Notes under the pieces: generated by a model | Databases searched by the model: none | What the model saw: only the letters and a program-made list of their open reading frames with translations | What the model was told of the DNA's origin: nothing | In this document: one piece after another, positions 44,810 to 59,240 of the stretch | Layout of the letters: the number at the start of each line of letters is the position of its first letter | Numbering within the stretch: position 1 is the stretch's first letter | Program-made: the position numbers and the translations under genes | Assembly (NCBI RefSeq): GCF_018350175.1 | Contig: NC_058368.1 | Span: 190,404,001 to 190,468,000, forward strand | Direction: 5' to 3' | Source: Felis catus | Taxonomy: Eukaryota | Length of the DNA stretch: 64,000 bases

Positions 44810-46400
44810 AGAGTTTTCATGGAAGTATAAAATATAAAATAGCAAATTTAATAAATAAAATAAAAGCCAAAGGTAGCGGGATGTTCAGAACCATTCTTCT
44901 TAACAGTAGAGCCTGCTGCCCAGCCATCATATTAAATAATGTAATAAGAGCACAAGGACAAGAGCACCAACAAAAAGCCCAGTGAAACAGAATAAATAAC
45001 ACAGAACACACACACATCCACATACATTTATCTACCTGCCTAATATTCTATATAACATACAATAGAGATGGCATCACCGACCAATGAAGAAAGGATGGAT
45101 TTTTAGGGGAAAGTAATGAGAAAACTAGCTTATTATATAGAAAAAATAAAGTTAGGGTTCTATCTCATACCATAAATAATAGTGACCTCCAGAGAGATTA
45201 GGGACCAATTGCAAAACCAAACTATAAAGCTAGTGAAAAAAACTATAGACAAATATCATAGTGATCTTGGAGTGGCAAAAAGGAAAACCTCTTAAACAAG
45301 ACCTCCCAAGTAGACGTCACAGTGATAAAGCTTGATACGTTTTAATAAATCATTATTAAGACTTTCAGTTCAGTGAAGTATTCGATGGACAAAGTTGGTA
45401 GAGGGTTGATGGAGCAGAAAACATTACCTGTAATGTTTAGAGATGATACTGAACATACACATAAACACACACAGACACAAAATAGAAAAATGGGGAAAGA
45501 TAAGAGAATTCCATTCACTGAAGGAGAAGAAACGTTAACAGTTAAGCAGATGTGAAGAGGAGACTAAGCTCATAGTAGTAAAAGAAATCTAAAGGGAACA
45601 AAGTAAAACATTACATTCATCAGCTTGGCAAAAATTATAAAGAAGGATATAGTTACTCACCCCTCCCTGAAGCTAGCTGTTCCTGAGCAGAGCCCAGAGC
45701 CGCCCAGATATTTATTCTGATTTGCAAATTTTGATTCTTTGGTCCAGGTTATAAGAGATTCAGAAGTTGTTTATTTACTGGAGGAGAAAAGGGCTCCGTT
45801 TGTTGGTGGTACCTTCGTTTTTCTCCAGATTTCCATTTGGTTTCTTCTGGTTGGATCATTAACAAATGATTCCCTAGTATGGATTTGTAAACTGCTTGAA
45901 AAAAAGGGGGGTGGATTTCATTAGAAAGGATGTGGGGAACAGAATTCTCATGCAGAGCTGGTAAGAGCAAAACTGGTCAGTTGATTGGGAGAAAGACTTG
46001 GTAGCACTTACAAAAATTAAGTGTGTGACTAGCCTATGATTTAACAATTCTTTTCCTGGGTACCTATCCCTAAGAAACCCTTTCTCAGGTCCATGTAGAG
46101 ATAGGTGTGAGATTGTTCATTGAAATATTTGTTTGTGTTAGTGAGAAGTTGGAGGCAAACAGATATTCATCATTAAGAGACTGTATGGGTGTAATAAGGG
46201 ATATGCCTACAATGGTATAGTCAGCAATTAGAAGCTATAAGATAAACGTACATACAGTAATACAGATCTTAAGAACATGGGGTTAAATGAAAATAGAAGC
46301 AGAATGAAATCTATAGCAAAATGTTTTATAAATTAAAAAATAACATTCAAATCAATACTATGCATCTTTCAAGGATACTTACATATCTAGGATACTCAAT
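44810..46400 (+). mobile_element. Highly degenerate old L1 remnant
   Basis: A-rich text with L1 ORF2-like phrases (e.g. CCTATGATTTAACAATTC...CCTGGGTACCTATCCC); no intact ORF. Confidence 0.6.
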
Positions 46401-46916
46401 ACATTAGAGAAAAAGTTAGGATAGGTATGTAGATAACAGAGAAAATAGGAGGATGTGTAACAGACCATGTTGATGTTAAGCTGTATGGTGGACTTAACTC
46501 TGCACCTGTGAAAAAGTGCACATGTTTACTCACACAAAGAAAATTTATTCATTGAACAAATACTTATTGAGCACGTGCTAGAAGTGAAAGAAAACATATC
46601 ACCCGGATCACAGCATTTAGAAGAGCCACTCAACATTCTGTACACCAGTGCTTTTCCCCTACCCCCTTCTTCTATTTCTGAATCTTTGACTCACAAAAAT
46701 TAAACTTTTCTGCGGAAACACATTTCCCCTTTTGAATGATGCTACAAAACTGCTTTTTGGCCATCCTAAAAATAACCCATTCTACAAAACTGCTTTTGTA
46801 CAGTGCTACAAAAACTGCTTTTTGGCCATCCTAAAAATAACCCGTTCTCTTGACCATCATCATCTTGTCTTTCTATTTCTTGTGTCAAGACAACAACTTC
46901 AAATAGATAACCAAAC

Positions 46917-49050
46917 TTTTTTTTTTTTGGTATGTATGTATGTATGTTACATATGTATGTATTTTTCCTTTTTTAATTTTGTTTCATTTGATTATACGTA
47001 TATGCCACATATTCTTTATCCATTCATCAGTCAATGGACATTTGGGCTCTCTCCATAGTCTGCCTATTGTTGATAATGCTGCTGCTATAAACATTGGGGT
47101 GCATGTACCCTTTTAAATCTGTATTTTTGTATCCTTTAGGCAAATACCTAATAGTGCAATTGCTGAATCATGGGGTAGTTTTATTTTCAGTTTTCTGAGG
47201 AACCTCCATACTGTTCTCCAGAATGGCATTCCTACCAACAGTGCAAGAGGGTTCCCCTTTCTCCACATCCTCACTAACACCTGTTGTTTCTTGTGTTGTT
47301 AATTTTAGCCATTCTGACAGGCGTGAGGTGGTATTTTATTGTGGTTTTTATTTGTATTTCCCTGATGATAAGTGATGTTGAGCATCTTTTCACGCATCTG
47401 GATGTCTTTTGAAAATTGTTTATTCGTGTCTTCTGCCCATTTATTTAATTTTCTGAGAGAGAGAGAGTGCAAACAGGGTAGAGGCAGAGAGGGAGAGAAA
47501 TCCAAAGCAGGTTCTAAGCTGTCAGCACAGAACCTGAGGCAGGGCTCAAACTCATGAACTGTGAGATCATGATCTGAGCTGAAACCAAGAGTTGGATGCT
47601 CAACCATCTGAACCACCCAGGCTCCCCATCTTCTGCTTATTTCTTAACTGGGTTATTTGGTTTTTGGGTGTTGAATCTGATAAATTCTTTATAAATTTTG
47701 GATACCAACTGTTTATCAGATATATCGTTTGCTAATATCTTCTCCCATTCTGCAGGCTCCCTTTGAGTTTTCTTGGTTGTTTCCTTCACTGTGCAGAAGC
47801 TTTTTATTTTGATGAAGTCCCAGTAGTTCATGTTTTCTTTTGTTTTCCTTGTCTTTGGTAATGTGTCTAGTAAGAAGTTGCTCCAGCTGAGGTCAAAGAG
47901 GTTGCTGCCTGTGTTCTCCTCTAGGATTTTGTCTGTCTCACACTTAGGTCTTTCATCCATTTTGAATTTATTTTTGTGTATGGTGTAAGAAAAGGCCCAG
48001 TTTCATTCTTCTACATTTCGTTGTCTGGTTTTCCCAACATCATTTTTTTTTTAATATATGAAACTTATTGTCAAATTGGTTTCCATACAACACCCAGTGC
48101 TCATCCCAAAAGGTGCCCTCCTCAATACCCATCACCCACCCTCCCCTCCCTCCCACCCCCCATCAACCCTCAGTTTGTTCTCAGTTTTTAAGAGTCTCTT
48201 ATGCTTTGGCTCTCTCCCACTCTAACCTCTTTTTTTTTTTCCTTCCCCTCCCCCATGGGTTTCTGTTAAGTTTCTCAGGATCCACATAAGAGTGAAAACA
48301 TATGGTATCTGTCTTTCTCTGTATGGCTTATTTCACTTAGCATCACACTCTCCAGTTCCATCCACGTTGCTACAAAAGGCCATATTTCATTTTTTCTCAT
48401 TGCCACGTAGTATTCCATTGTGTATATAAACCACAATTTCTTTATCCATTCATCAGTTGATGGACATTTAGGCTCTTTCCATAATTTGGCTATTGTTGAG
48501 AGTGCTGCTATAAACATTGGGGTACAAGTGTCCTATGCATCAGTACTCCTGTGTCCCTTGGATAAATTCCTAGCAGTGCTATTGCTGGGTCATAGGGTAG
48601 GTCTATTTTTAATTTTCTGAGGAACCTCCACACTGTTTTCCAGAGCGGCTGCACCAATTTGCATTCCCACCAACAGTGCAAGAGGGTTCCCGTTTCTCCA
48701 CATCCTCTCCAGCATCTATAGTCTCCTGATTTGTTCATTTTGGCCACTCTGACTGGCGTGAGGTGATATCTGAGTGTGGTTTTGATTTGTATTTCCCTGA
48801 TAAGGAGCGACGTTGAATATCTTTTCATGTGCCTCCAACATCATTTGTTGAAGACTTTTTTCCATTGGATATTCTTTCCTGCCTTGTTGAAGATGAGTTG
48901 ACCATATAGCTGTGGGTCAATTTCTGGGTTTTCCATTCTGCTCCATTGATCTATGTGTCTATTTTTGTGCCAGAATCATACTGTCTTGAGGACTATCACT
49001 TTGTATTATAGCTTGAAACCTGGGATCATGATACCTCCAGTTTTGTTTTC
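46917..49050 (-). mobile_element. Carnivore L1 with a nested SINE (~47445-47627) and a nested younger L1 (48046-48834)
   Basis: Host TSD TCAAAT(A/G)GATAACCAAA at 46899 and 49051. Inner L1 TSD CCAACATCATTT at 48034 and 48835. ORF2 fragments 47637..47960 and 48508..48828. Confidence 0.93.
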
Positions 49051-52000
49051 TCAAATGGATAACCAAATTTACCTTCACTTCTCAGTGTAGAATTATTACA
49101 ATTTATTCTATCCTTCTCTTACAGATGATTTCTCAAAGATTACCAATGGTTTCTTAGTTTTAATCAAGTGGTCTTGTTTTCTGTTTAAATAAATAAGCAT
49201 TTATTGGGTATATACTTTGATATATAGTATGATAGGAGGTAGTGGCATAAGAAGATTCTAGTACAGTCCCTGTGTTCTAGGAGATTTAATACCCAGTTAG
49301 AAAGTAAATATGGACATGGATACTCTTACTATGATGTTCTAATTATAGAGATAAGATGTGCCCAGCTTACTACTGAAACTCAAGTGGGACCTTTGAATTC
49401 AGGAAGACTTTTTATAGACTATTCAGTCTGAATGTTGAGAGATGAATGAGGTAAGTAAAATTAAAGACAAGTGGTTCTCAGTCCCAGCTGCACATTTGAT
49501 CTTCAATATTAATGCCTCAGTCCCACCCAAGACCAATGAAATCAAAATTTCTGGGGGTAGAACCTGGGCATATTATTTAGAAGTTTCTCTTTTGATTTTA
49601 AGATGCAGCCAGATCTGAGTGCCACAGATCTAGACTGCTACAGGAACAAGAGCAAGGCTACAGCGGGGTAAATGGTAGCCATATGGCTAGTAAGCAGCAG
49701 AGCCTCCTATCGTGGATTGCCTCACCTGAATGTTCTTACCCACTTCTCATTGCTGTTTCCACAGGACTGAGGTGATATTAGGATATGGTGCATTATGCTA
49801 TGATTAAGCAAATAAACAATTTAGTGGATTAGAACAATGAAATTTTGGTTTTGTTTTTGCTTGCTTTTATTGGGTGTCCTTGGGGGAGGGGTTCCTGCTT
49901 GATGTCATTCTCACTCAGGGACCCCCACTTGTGGAGCTTTCACTATTTGGAGCCAGTTTCTCTGTCAGGGGAAGGGAAAATAGTGAATTGTATGCCAATT
50001 CATAGAGACTTCCACCTATAAGTGACCCACGACACTCCTGCCCACAGGCACTGGCCAAATCAAGTCCTGTGGCCATATCTAACATCATGGGGGTGGGTGT
50101 GCTACTTCACCATATGCCTGGAAGATAACTGGAATATCTATAAAAATATCACTAAGCTATATGAAATTAAATTGAACTCAACTGCCAAAGGCAGCCAGTT
50201 ATATTTATCTGAGCTTCTACAATATAATGTGACCTGGAAATAGTTATTTCTTTATATTTGAGCCAACTAGGATATCCCCAGCGAAGTTGAATGATGTACT
50301 TTTTTCATTCTTACATCTATTTCTTCCACTTTCAATTTCTTAACCTGTGTTTTGGCCTTACCAGAAAAAACAAGAGTTGGGTTTCCAAGATTTCAGCACT
50401 TTCCATATTATTCAGATGGAAACTTTCTTTCATCTTTAGAGGATAAAATCCATGTAACAATGACTTTTTGAACCAGTCAGAACATGTATCCACCCAGGCA
50501 TCATTTCTCCTTTTCTATTTGTGAGGATGACTTTATAAAGCCAATTGACTCATGCCAGCTTCCTCCTATCTTTGTTTCCATAGCTTATAAATCAAAACAG
50601 TATATTCCTAATTCTTCATGATTTCAAAGAACTTGCCCATAAGTAGTCTCATTTAATCCCTAAACCAACTCTGTGGTGAAGAGATTATTCAATCCTATTT
50701 TAAAGATGAAGAAATTGAGGTTCAGAGAGGTGAGACAAGGTCTCATGGAGATTTCTGAAATATTTTCGTCTCCTGACAGCCTCTCTCGTCTTTTTTCTAC
50801 TTTGTCATCAGTTTAGCCCTTTAATAAGTCAAAATATTCATTCATTCACTCAACAAGAACTAGTTATCTACTGGAAGCCTGGCATGGGGCCAGTTGCAGG
50901 GGGTGTATATACATAGTCCCTTGTCCTAGAGGAGTGCTCTGTTGAAGAAGATGCTATCTGCTGTTCAACCAACAGCCTTTCCTTCTTTTAATTTCCTTCT
51001 TTATGTTTTTTCGCAGGAAACCAGTATATTCAATTTCTTGATTTCAGAGACCTTAGGTCCCTACCAGAAGCTCAGCAGATGGCCCTAATTGGTTGAAACC
51101 AGTCATAAATATGTAATAGGATAGATTTGAGTGTTGACTGGTGGTCTCGTTCTGGATAATAAGTTATAAGGGGAATTTGCTTAGAAGAGCATTCCTTTCC
51201 AAATAAAAGTCAAGGAATGATGATTTGAAAGCCACTATGACTCTCCTTTCTCTTTCCCAAAGATGAATTCGATGTTTGGAAGTATATTAACCCTTCCATG
51301 ACCTTGTTGGGACAAACAACATGGGCCTAAGTCCTTGAGATATTTTTGAATTCTTGGGTTGCCTACATCCAGACTTCTTGTTATGAGAGGAAAAACAAAC
51401 ACCTTAAATATTCAGGCTTCTGTTGATTGGAATTTCTGTTATGCACAGTTGAATGGATTCCCAGGTGATCCAATGGACTATTTTGGTGACCAACTAATAC
51501 ACAGATTCTTATTTGTATTAGAGTTCTTAGTCTTTGCCTGTCTACCCCAGCCACTTCTGAGGGACTGTACCCCATCCATAGCTCCAATTTCCTAAATTAC
51601 AAATGGAATGACTGAGTTCTGCACAGTGGGCCCTTTCTCCTCATGGACAAGGCTGATCCTAGAATAGCCAACTACCAATCTGCCTTTGAACTATAGCCTG
51701 GACCTACCATAGAAAATGAGAACTTAAGGGACTGGAGTTCTCTTTCAAGAATTTGGAATTTAGAATTGAGATAATAAGTCAGTGAGCTCAGAGAGCTGAG
51801 TTGAGAGTTGAGCTGAAAGGATTTGGGGCTGGGTTGTATAATATATACCATGAGCAAGCTGAAATCATGAGGAAGTTGGTCATGGGGAGAGTTTCAGAGA
51901 GAGGCAGAGATACCTAAAAGAAGAGCAGAGAAAGTGATGCCTTGGAGATTCCTAATGGGGTATTGATTCCAGACCATGTGTGCTCTTGTCGTGAGTTACT

Positions 52001-53849
52001 TCTTTCTTGGGGCAATATTAGTGAACCTCTGTTCTTGTCCTCAAATAAGTTCTAACTAACATACTAGACAAGAAGAGCTGTATTTTAATCCCTTTTTCCT
52101 TGTAGTTCAAAAGATATATTTTTTATATTTGTTGGGATTATGTGTGAACAACACCCAGCACAGTGCTTAGCACATAGCCACAATTTAGTGAATATTAATT
52201 CCTTTTTATTTCCCTAACAACTAGGGCTGTACAGAAGTAGAACTGACTACTTGGAAGAAAGTATGAAAGCTGAGGTGTGACCACACATATCAAGCTTTAG
52301 ATTGATGAGTAAATTAGCGATCCTTTCTTTACTTGCCTTTTTTTTCCCCCCAAGATTTCAAGGTTCCATGGATCTGCATGTCTCTGACTGAATCAGCTTT
52401 GACAAGCAAACCAGTCTATTTTCTTTGCCTTATATCAGTCCCCACAAGGTAATGGGTTAAAATGAATGGCTATACCTAAGGCATATGCCCATCCTAATCA
52501 TATGCCAGACTGGATCCATATAGATTAAAAAAGGGTTGGTTCCACAAAGGAAGGGATGTTGAACAGGCAACAACAAGATATATCTACTACAATAGGTCAT
52601 TCTGTCTTTTGTGTTCTTCTAACTCTACCTGCATAATAACTACTTGAATAATAACTAATATTTTGGGGGGTTCACTATCTGCATGGTACTCTGCTAAATG
52701 CTTTCCATAGGCCATCTCATTTAGTGCTCATAGCAATCCAAGATATAGGTACTACCATCTCTATTTTATAGAAGGTTAATTGAGCACAGAGACATTGAGT
52801 AAATTGTTCATAGCCATACAGCTAGTATGTGGTCAAGATGGAACCCAGGCAGTGCGATTTCCCATCCCATAGAAAATAAAGAAGTTGATGCAGGGGTCAT
52901 AGAGTGAGAGGAAGCTTGCTAAATAGGCTCCCATGGTTGACAATGAGCAAGAGAGGCTGTCCTTCTACCTCAATAAAAGAACTCAGAAAATATCCTTTCC
53001 CAGGTTGAAGTCATTTCCTGACCTAACAGAATATGTAGTCATAAACTGTCAAAGCTGGAGGAGATTTAGAGATGTGACAACTTAGTTCTAGGCACATTTT
53101 AATGAAAATGCTCCCATTTGTGGAATTCTTTCTTTTATAGGTTTTACTAACAGGCTCAGTAATCGTCCACAAAAGATGGATTCCTCTTGGCCCTCAGACA
53201 GTGCCCTCCTTCATGTGGCTTATCAGGTCTTTTATGATCTGCCCTTGGCCTGTGTCCCAGTCCCCTCATTTGCACTTCTTCCCTCCTGATTTGAGGTCCA
53301 GCCATAGAGAAATTTACATACACACACCAGTCATAATCCTCAGATCACTACATTGTCTCAGTGTTAGTCTACACATAGCCCTGTTTTATTTTATCTATTC
53401 GTTTATTTATTTATTTTTTTTGGTCAGAGCATTTAAGTTTTACATTTACTTTTAAATACTATGATAAAGACCTGTGAAGCTTAAATTCTTCAGTTAGTCT
53501 AAAATGCCTCGCTGTTATAGTCACTGAGCTTTTACATGTTCTTTGTCCTGCTGGAAATTCTTTTCTATGCTGCCCCAATCCTCTCCAATATCCTTGAGGT
53601 CTATATTTAAAAAGTGTTCTCGACTCTCTTTTTCCATCTTCAAGACTGGGCTAGGGATCTTTTCTCAACACTCCCTTACTATTCTGTCCTTTCCTTATCA
53701 CACCATGCTGTATTGTCTATTAACTTGCTTGTCTGCCAGTAGGAAGCACCAGCTTGTGAATTTATTGAGGATAAGAGTGGCTGGTCTCATACTGCTGTCT
53801 CAGTGTTTAGCACAGTACACGGCACAGAGCATGAATTCCATATATAGTC

Positions 53850-54068
53850 CAAAGGTCGGTGAACTCTTTCTGTTAAGACCAGATGGTATTTTTAGCTTTG
53901 TGGGCAATACAGTATCTGTTGCATTTACTCAACTCTGCCATTGTAGCGTGAAAGCAGCCATAAACAATATGCAAACATATGGGCATGGCAGTGTTGCAAT
54001 ATAACTTTATTTACAAAGATGGGTGGTGGGTGGGATCTGGTCAATGGGCAATAGTTTGCTGACCTCTT
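53850..54068. mobile_element. MER58A-like hAT element
   Basis: AGGTCGGTGAACT...CTCTGCCATTGTAGCGTGAAAGCAGCCATA...AGTTTGCTGACCTCT. Confidence 0.8.
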
Positions 54069-54259
54069 CTATAACTGATGAAGAAATGAACAAATAAAAA
54101 TGAATGAGTGGGATTACATTTAACTTCATTTACCATAAAGGAAGTATTGTTTACCACAAAGAACTCTTTATTAGAAAACATGGATTCTATTTTCTTCATA
54201 TCACTTAACAGTCTTTTATCTTTTGGCTTCCAACAGCCTTATCTTTAAATAGTAATTTA

Positions 54260-54482
54260 TTTAAAAATTTTTTTTTCAACGTTTTTTATTTATTTTTGGG
54301 ACAGAGAGAGACAGAGCATGAACAGGGGAGGGGCAGAGAGAGAGGGAGACACAGAATCGGAAACAGGCTCCAGGCTCTGAGCCATCAGCCCAGAGCCCGT
54401 CGCGGGGCTCGAACTCACAGACCGCGAGATCGTGACCTGGCTGAAGTCGGACGCTTAACCGACTGTGCCACCCAGGCGCCCC
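54260..54482 (-). mobile_element. Young felid CAN-SINE
   Basis: CpG-rich, TSD TTAAATAGTAATTTA. Confidence 0.94.
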
Positions 54483-55449
54483 ATTAAATAGTAATTTAAA
54501 TAATACCTCCTCTGCTTAAAATTTGAAACTGTCATATTCTTAAGAGTAGGATCTATGCCTTATTTGTCTTTATCCCCAGAACCTAGCAGAATTCCACATG
54601 CCAAAAGTAAATAGATTGACAAGCCACTTGCTGAATGATTGAAAGGTCAGGGTGAAAGCAGGTATTTGGTGAAGCACGTAGTTGAGCCAGATAATTGTGT
54701 AAACTCTTATGATTGGAAAAACCTTAGCCATCCATCTGAATTACCATGATATAGAAGTTCTTCTAGATTTAAGAACATAGGTCTTTTGATTCCAAATGAC
54801 TGAAGACCCCACACAAACCGGCTTTATTTCAAAAGGACATTTGTTGGCACATTGACGTGTCTTGTTTCAGAGATTCAAACCTTGTCAAGGACCTAGGATT
54901 CTCTATTTCTCCACTTGCCTTCTGCCTAATTGGTTCTCTCATCAGGCAGGCTTCACCCATTAGTGGCATAATGGATAACTTTGGATTCAGGCCCATATCC
55001 TTATAGCTGAAAAATCAGTGGAAAATAGGGAACTAGAACTCAAAAATTCTAGTAAATGTGTCAAGGTTGTGTATCCTTGGCTTTATTCGGATCAATTGTT
55101 CATCCTTGATCCAAACACCATGGCCATGAATGAAATCAATACCATCTAAACTGCACTGACTAAAAATGAGGGAGGACCGGCTCTCCAGGTGCAAACCTCC
55201 ATATGTAGAGGAAGGTGGTAAAGACATGAATTACCTAAAACTGCTATGGCCCTCTCTGAAGAATAATATACTTTAATACGGTAATACAAATTGAGCATCC
55301 AATATTAGGATGAAGACCGTCTAGGGACCCTAACTTAGGAAGAGAGGATAACCAAGCTTAGCCTCTTGTTCCAGTGTGTGACCCCTTACAGATACTAAAT
55401 TATTATTAAAATTTGCATTTCTAAAATAAAAGCATATGTGCATTAAAAA

Positions 55450-56770
55450 TGCTTTATTTTAGAATAGCCTTAGGTTTACAGAAAAATGATGAAGATTGTA
55501 CAGATAGTTCCCATACACCCCACACTTAGTTTCCCCTATTATTAACATCTTACATTATGGTAATGGTATACTTGTAACAGTTAATAAGCCAATATTAATA
55601 CTATTAATACTATTGACCAAAGTCCAAAATTTTCTTAATTTTCACCTAAAGGCCTTTTTCTCTTCCAGGAGCCTATTTAGGATACCACATTACATTTAGT
55701 TGTCATGTCTCCTGAGGTTCCTCTTGGCTGTAACATTTTTTCAGATTTTCCCTTGGCTTTTTAATGACCTTGGCAGGTTTTTTAAGATTTTTAAAATTTA
55801 TTTTGAAAGAGAAAGAGAGAGAAAGAGAGAGAGCATGCACAGGAGAGAGTAGGGAAGGGATGGAGAGAGAGGGGGAGTAACAGAATCCCAAGCAGGCTCT
55901 GTGCTATCAACTCAGAGCCCAACATGTGGCTCAATCTCACAAACTATGAGATCATGATCTGAGCTGAAATCAAGAGTTGGATGCTTAAATGACTGAGCCA
56001 CCCAGGAGCCCCATGACATTGGACATTTTGACAAGTATTTGTCAAATATTTTGTAGAATCTGCCTCAGTTTGGCTGTGTTTGATGGTTTTCTCATGATTG
56101 TACTGGGATGATGTTTCTTGGGAAGAAGAATTTACCACACGGGTAAAGTATCATTTATATCACATCATGTCAAGGGTGCAAACCATCAACATGACTTGTC
56201 TCTGTTTATGCTGGCCTTGATCACCTGCAAGAGGTAGTGTTTGCCAGATCTCTCCACTGTAAAGTTAGTTGTTGTTCTTACTGTCTTTACTGGAAGTTTG
56301 GGAAGGAAGTCACTGTGTTCAGCCTACAATTAAGGATAGGAGTTATGTTCTACCTTTCCTTTGAGGAGGAAGTAACTACATAAATTATTTGGAATGTTTT
56401 TGGACAGAAGATTTGTCTCTCCTTCCTCGCTTATTTATTGATTTGATCACTGTATCAGTATTGACATTTATTTTATACTTTGGGCTATAATCCAGTTCTA
56501 GTTTATATTGTTGCTTGGGTTGTTCCTGCTTTGGTCATGGGTAGCTTTTTTGGTTGCCTCCTGTGTCCATTTAACAATCACATCATTGTGGATTTTACTT
56601 TTTATTTACTTTTTGAGCACTTTCAGACTTTCTAGCACAAGATGCTCCAGACTCATTTTAAGTATTTCCTGCCCCAGTCCTAGAACCAGACATTTCTCCA
56701 AGGAGCCCGGTTCCTTTTATTGGTGAGTGGTATTTAGAAACTAAGATCTGGATGTGAGATGTGCTCAATA
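55450..56770 (-). mobile_element. Old L1 3' UTR with a nested CAN-SINE (~55785-56012)
   Basis: Antisense L1M-type 3' end (TTAGGTTTACAGAAAA...TTCCCATACACCC) and a typical SINE body. Confidence 0.72.
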
Positions 56771-57459
56771 TACACATTTTTTAAAGTAAAATTATTATAA
56801 AAGGCTTATAACTAAAAAAACAGCCAATACCTTTCCTATTCCTTCCCATAAAATGTAAACTCTTTTGAGTTTTTTTCTTCTGTTTTTTTTCCTTCCATAT
56901 TACTAATAATGTGCTTTTACTGTTACTGTTTGATTGACCATTTTGATTACCGTCTATTGACCTCCTGAAGGGTGAGTACCCCCATTCCCCTTCCTCTCTG
57001 ACCATCTTCCCAATGTACTCCTATCATAATTTTGTGTTAAACTAGTAGCTAGAGTTTACATTATCATGACTGTACAACTATCTTTCCAATTGAGCAAATG
57101 TACTGTAATTTCATATTCTTTCATGTACAATATTTAGTGTTTCCTGATTGTAATAATTGTCTACTGTTTTCCTTTTCTTAATTTCCCAAGTGTTTATCAA
57201 AATTCATCTTAAATGATTCAAGCCCTTTCTATCAAAGACCGACTTGATCTATTTTCAAAATACCTAAATGCATGAGATGATCTATCAGTTACACTCACCA
57301 CTACCACTGCCAGCCTTACTCCTCTGTCCTTCTGCTCCAGCCTGGTTTGCTTGTTGTGGTAACAAGTCTGCAAAGATGCTTCCCCTTCACCTCCAATGAA
57401 CTTCCTGCTATTCGCACCCTTGTGTTGTTCCTTCTACTTGAATCCAGGATGGCTTTGTA

Positions 57460-57981
57460 TTTTTTTTAAATGTTTATTTATTTGATAGAGAGTGCATGTG
57501 AGTGGAGGAGCAGAGGAGGGGTAGGGATAGAGAGAGAGAATCCCAAGCAGATTCTGCACTTTCAGCACAGGGCCCTACGCAGGGCTCAGTCTCATATCAT
57601 GACCTGAGCTGAAATCAAGAGTTGGATGCTTAACCAACCAAGCCACCCAGGCACCCCTGGGATGGCCTTCTTCTTGACCAATAGAATGCAGTGGAAATAA
57701 TACTGAATCACATGTCAGTTTAGGTCATAACCTTTGCCCATTCTTCCTGAGTCTGTTGGAATGCTCACTTTTTTTTTTAATGTTTTTATTTATTTTTGAG
57801 ACAGAGAGAGACAGAGCATGAATAGGGGAGGGTCAGAGAGAGGGAGACACAGAATCCGAAGCAGGCTCCAGGCTCTGAGCTGTCAGCACAGAGCCTGACA
57901 TGGGGCTCAAACTCACGGACTGTGAGATCATGACCTGAGCTGAAGTCAAACACTCAACCGACTGAGCCACCCAGGAGCCCT
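57460..57981 (-). mobile_element. Two CAN-SINEs (~57460-57657 and 57768-57981) within an LTR-like remnant
   Basis: Typical bodies; the second has TSD GGAATGCTCACTTTT. Confidence 0.88.
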
Positions 57982-59012
57982 GAGGAATGCTCACTTTTGA
58001 GAAAACCATATACTATGTAAGAAACTCATTTACTTTGAGACTGCTATACTGAAGGAAGCTCAAGATGCCTTGTGGAAAGACCATGTGGAGGCACAGGGGT
58101 ACCTGTCCAGCCACTAGGTCTTCTAATCATCCCATCAGTTTCCTAGACATGTGAGTACAAAGTCATCTTGGGTGTTGTCTTTGTATCTTTTTCATATTGA
58201 ATATTTTCCCCAAATGTCTCTGATCCTTAGTTGCCTATTCATATTTAAAAGACACACTAAAAACTAATTAGGAATGCTGCATACATGACTGAGGCTCATG
58301 AACTGGTAGCTTTATTGAAGGGGAATTGTGTTGGTATTAACGGGGAGCACCTAAATATCAGTATCTGTAAGTGTTTTATTAGGGCTATCCAATTTGTCCG
58401 GAGACTAACTCTCCCAGCTTCCTAGGAAGAGGATCCCACAGTTCAGTGGGTAGTCAGTGGGAACATTTTCTCTGAATCCTTCTATTTTCATCCCTTCCCC
58501 CTGTTTTACTAGATTCTCTGAGTGCAGAGATTCATCCAGTATTGTATTTTCACCAATACTTTTACTATGAGCAATGTTGAAGGTCTGAGACTCATTTGGC
58601 TGGTTACAATCAAATGAGGATTTTTTTTCTTAAATCTAGAGCATTTGTGCATCCTTAAATTCCCTCTCTGGAGCTGGGTATAATTTGGCTGGCCACTGGT
58701 ATGGTGTGTCTCATAGCTGTGGTTCCCTAAGGACCACAGGTTGAAGTAGGGTGTCATGCTCAAGAGCATGGATTTTGGGATCAGGGACACTTGGGCTTGA
58801 GTCATGTTTTCACCTTCTTGACTGTCAATGTCATTTATGTAGCCCCCTTAAGCCTCCATTCCCTCGTCTGCTAAATGGGAAAAAATACCTATTTCTTAGT
58901 GTTGTGAGAATTAAATAATATATCTGTATCATGTAGTAGAGTGCCTGGAATATAACTAAACATTCAGTAACCAATGATGATGACCTAAATCTATGTTAGA
59001 AAACATATCTGT

Positions 59013-59240
59013 GGGGCGCCTGGGTGGCGCAGTCGGTTGGGCGTCCGACTTCAGCCAGGTCACGATCTCGCGGTCCGGGAGTTCGAGCCCCGCGTCGGGC
59101 TCTGGGCTGATGGCTCAGAGCCTGGAGCCTGTTTCCGATTCTGTGTCTCCCTCTCTCTCTGCCCCTCCCCCGTTCGTGCTCTGTCTCTCTCTGTCCCAAA
59201 AATAAATAAACGTTGAAAAAAAAAATTAAAAAAAAAAAAA
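59013..59240 (+). mobile_element. Young felid CAN-SINE upstream of TIMD4
   Basis: Perfect 13-bp TSD AAAACATATCTGT (59000-59012, 59241-59253), intact CpGs, long A tail. Confidence 0.96.

Noticed and set aside
18162..48828. Similar ORFs at 18162..18494, 36225..36605, 48275..48517 and 48508..48828 as a repeated gene family
   Set aside because: All are C-terminal fragments of L1 ORF2 in truncated insertions.
53543..54004. 153-aa ORF
   Set aside because: Non-ATG start, runs through old repeat remnants including the MER58-like element, and has no recognisable protein features.
3851..59240. tRNA genes at SINE heads
   Set aside because: These are tRNA-derived CAN-SINE heads with A tails and TSDs, not tRNA genes.
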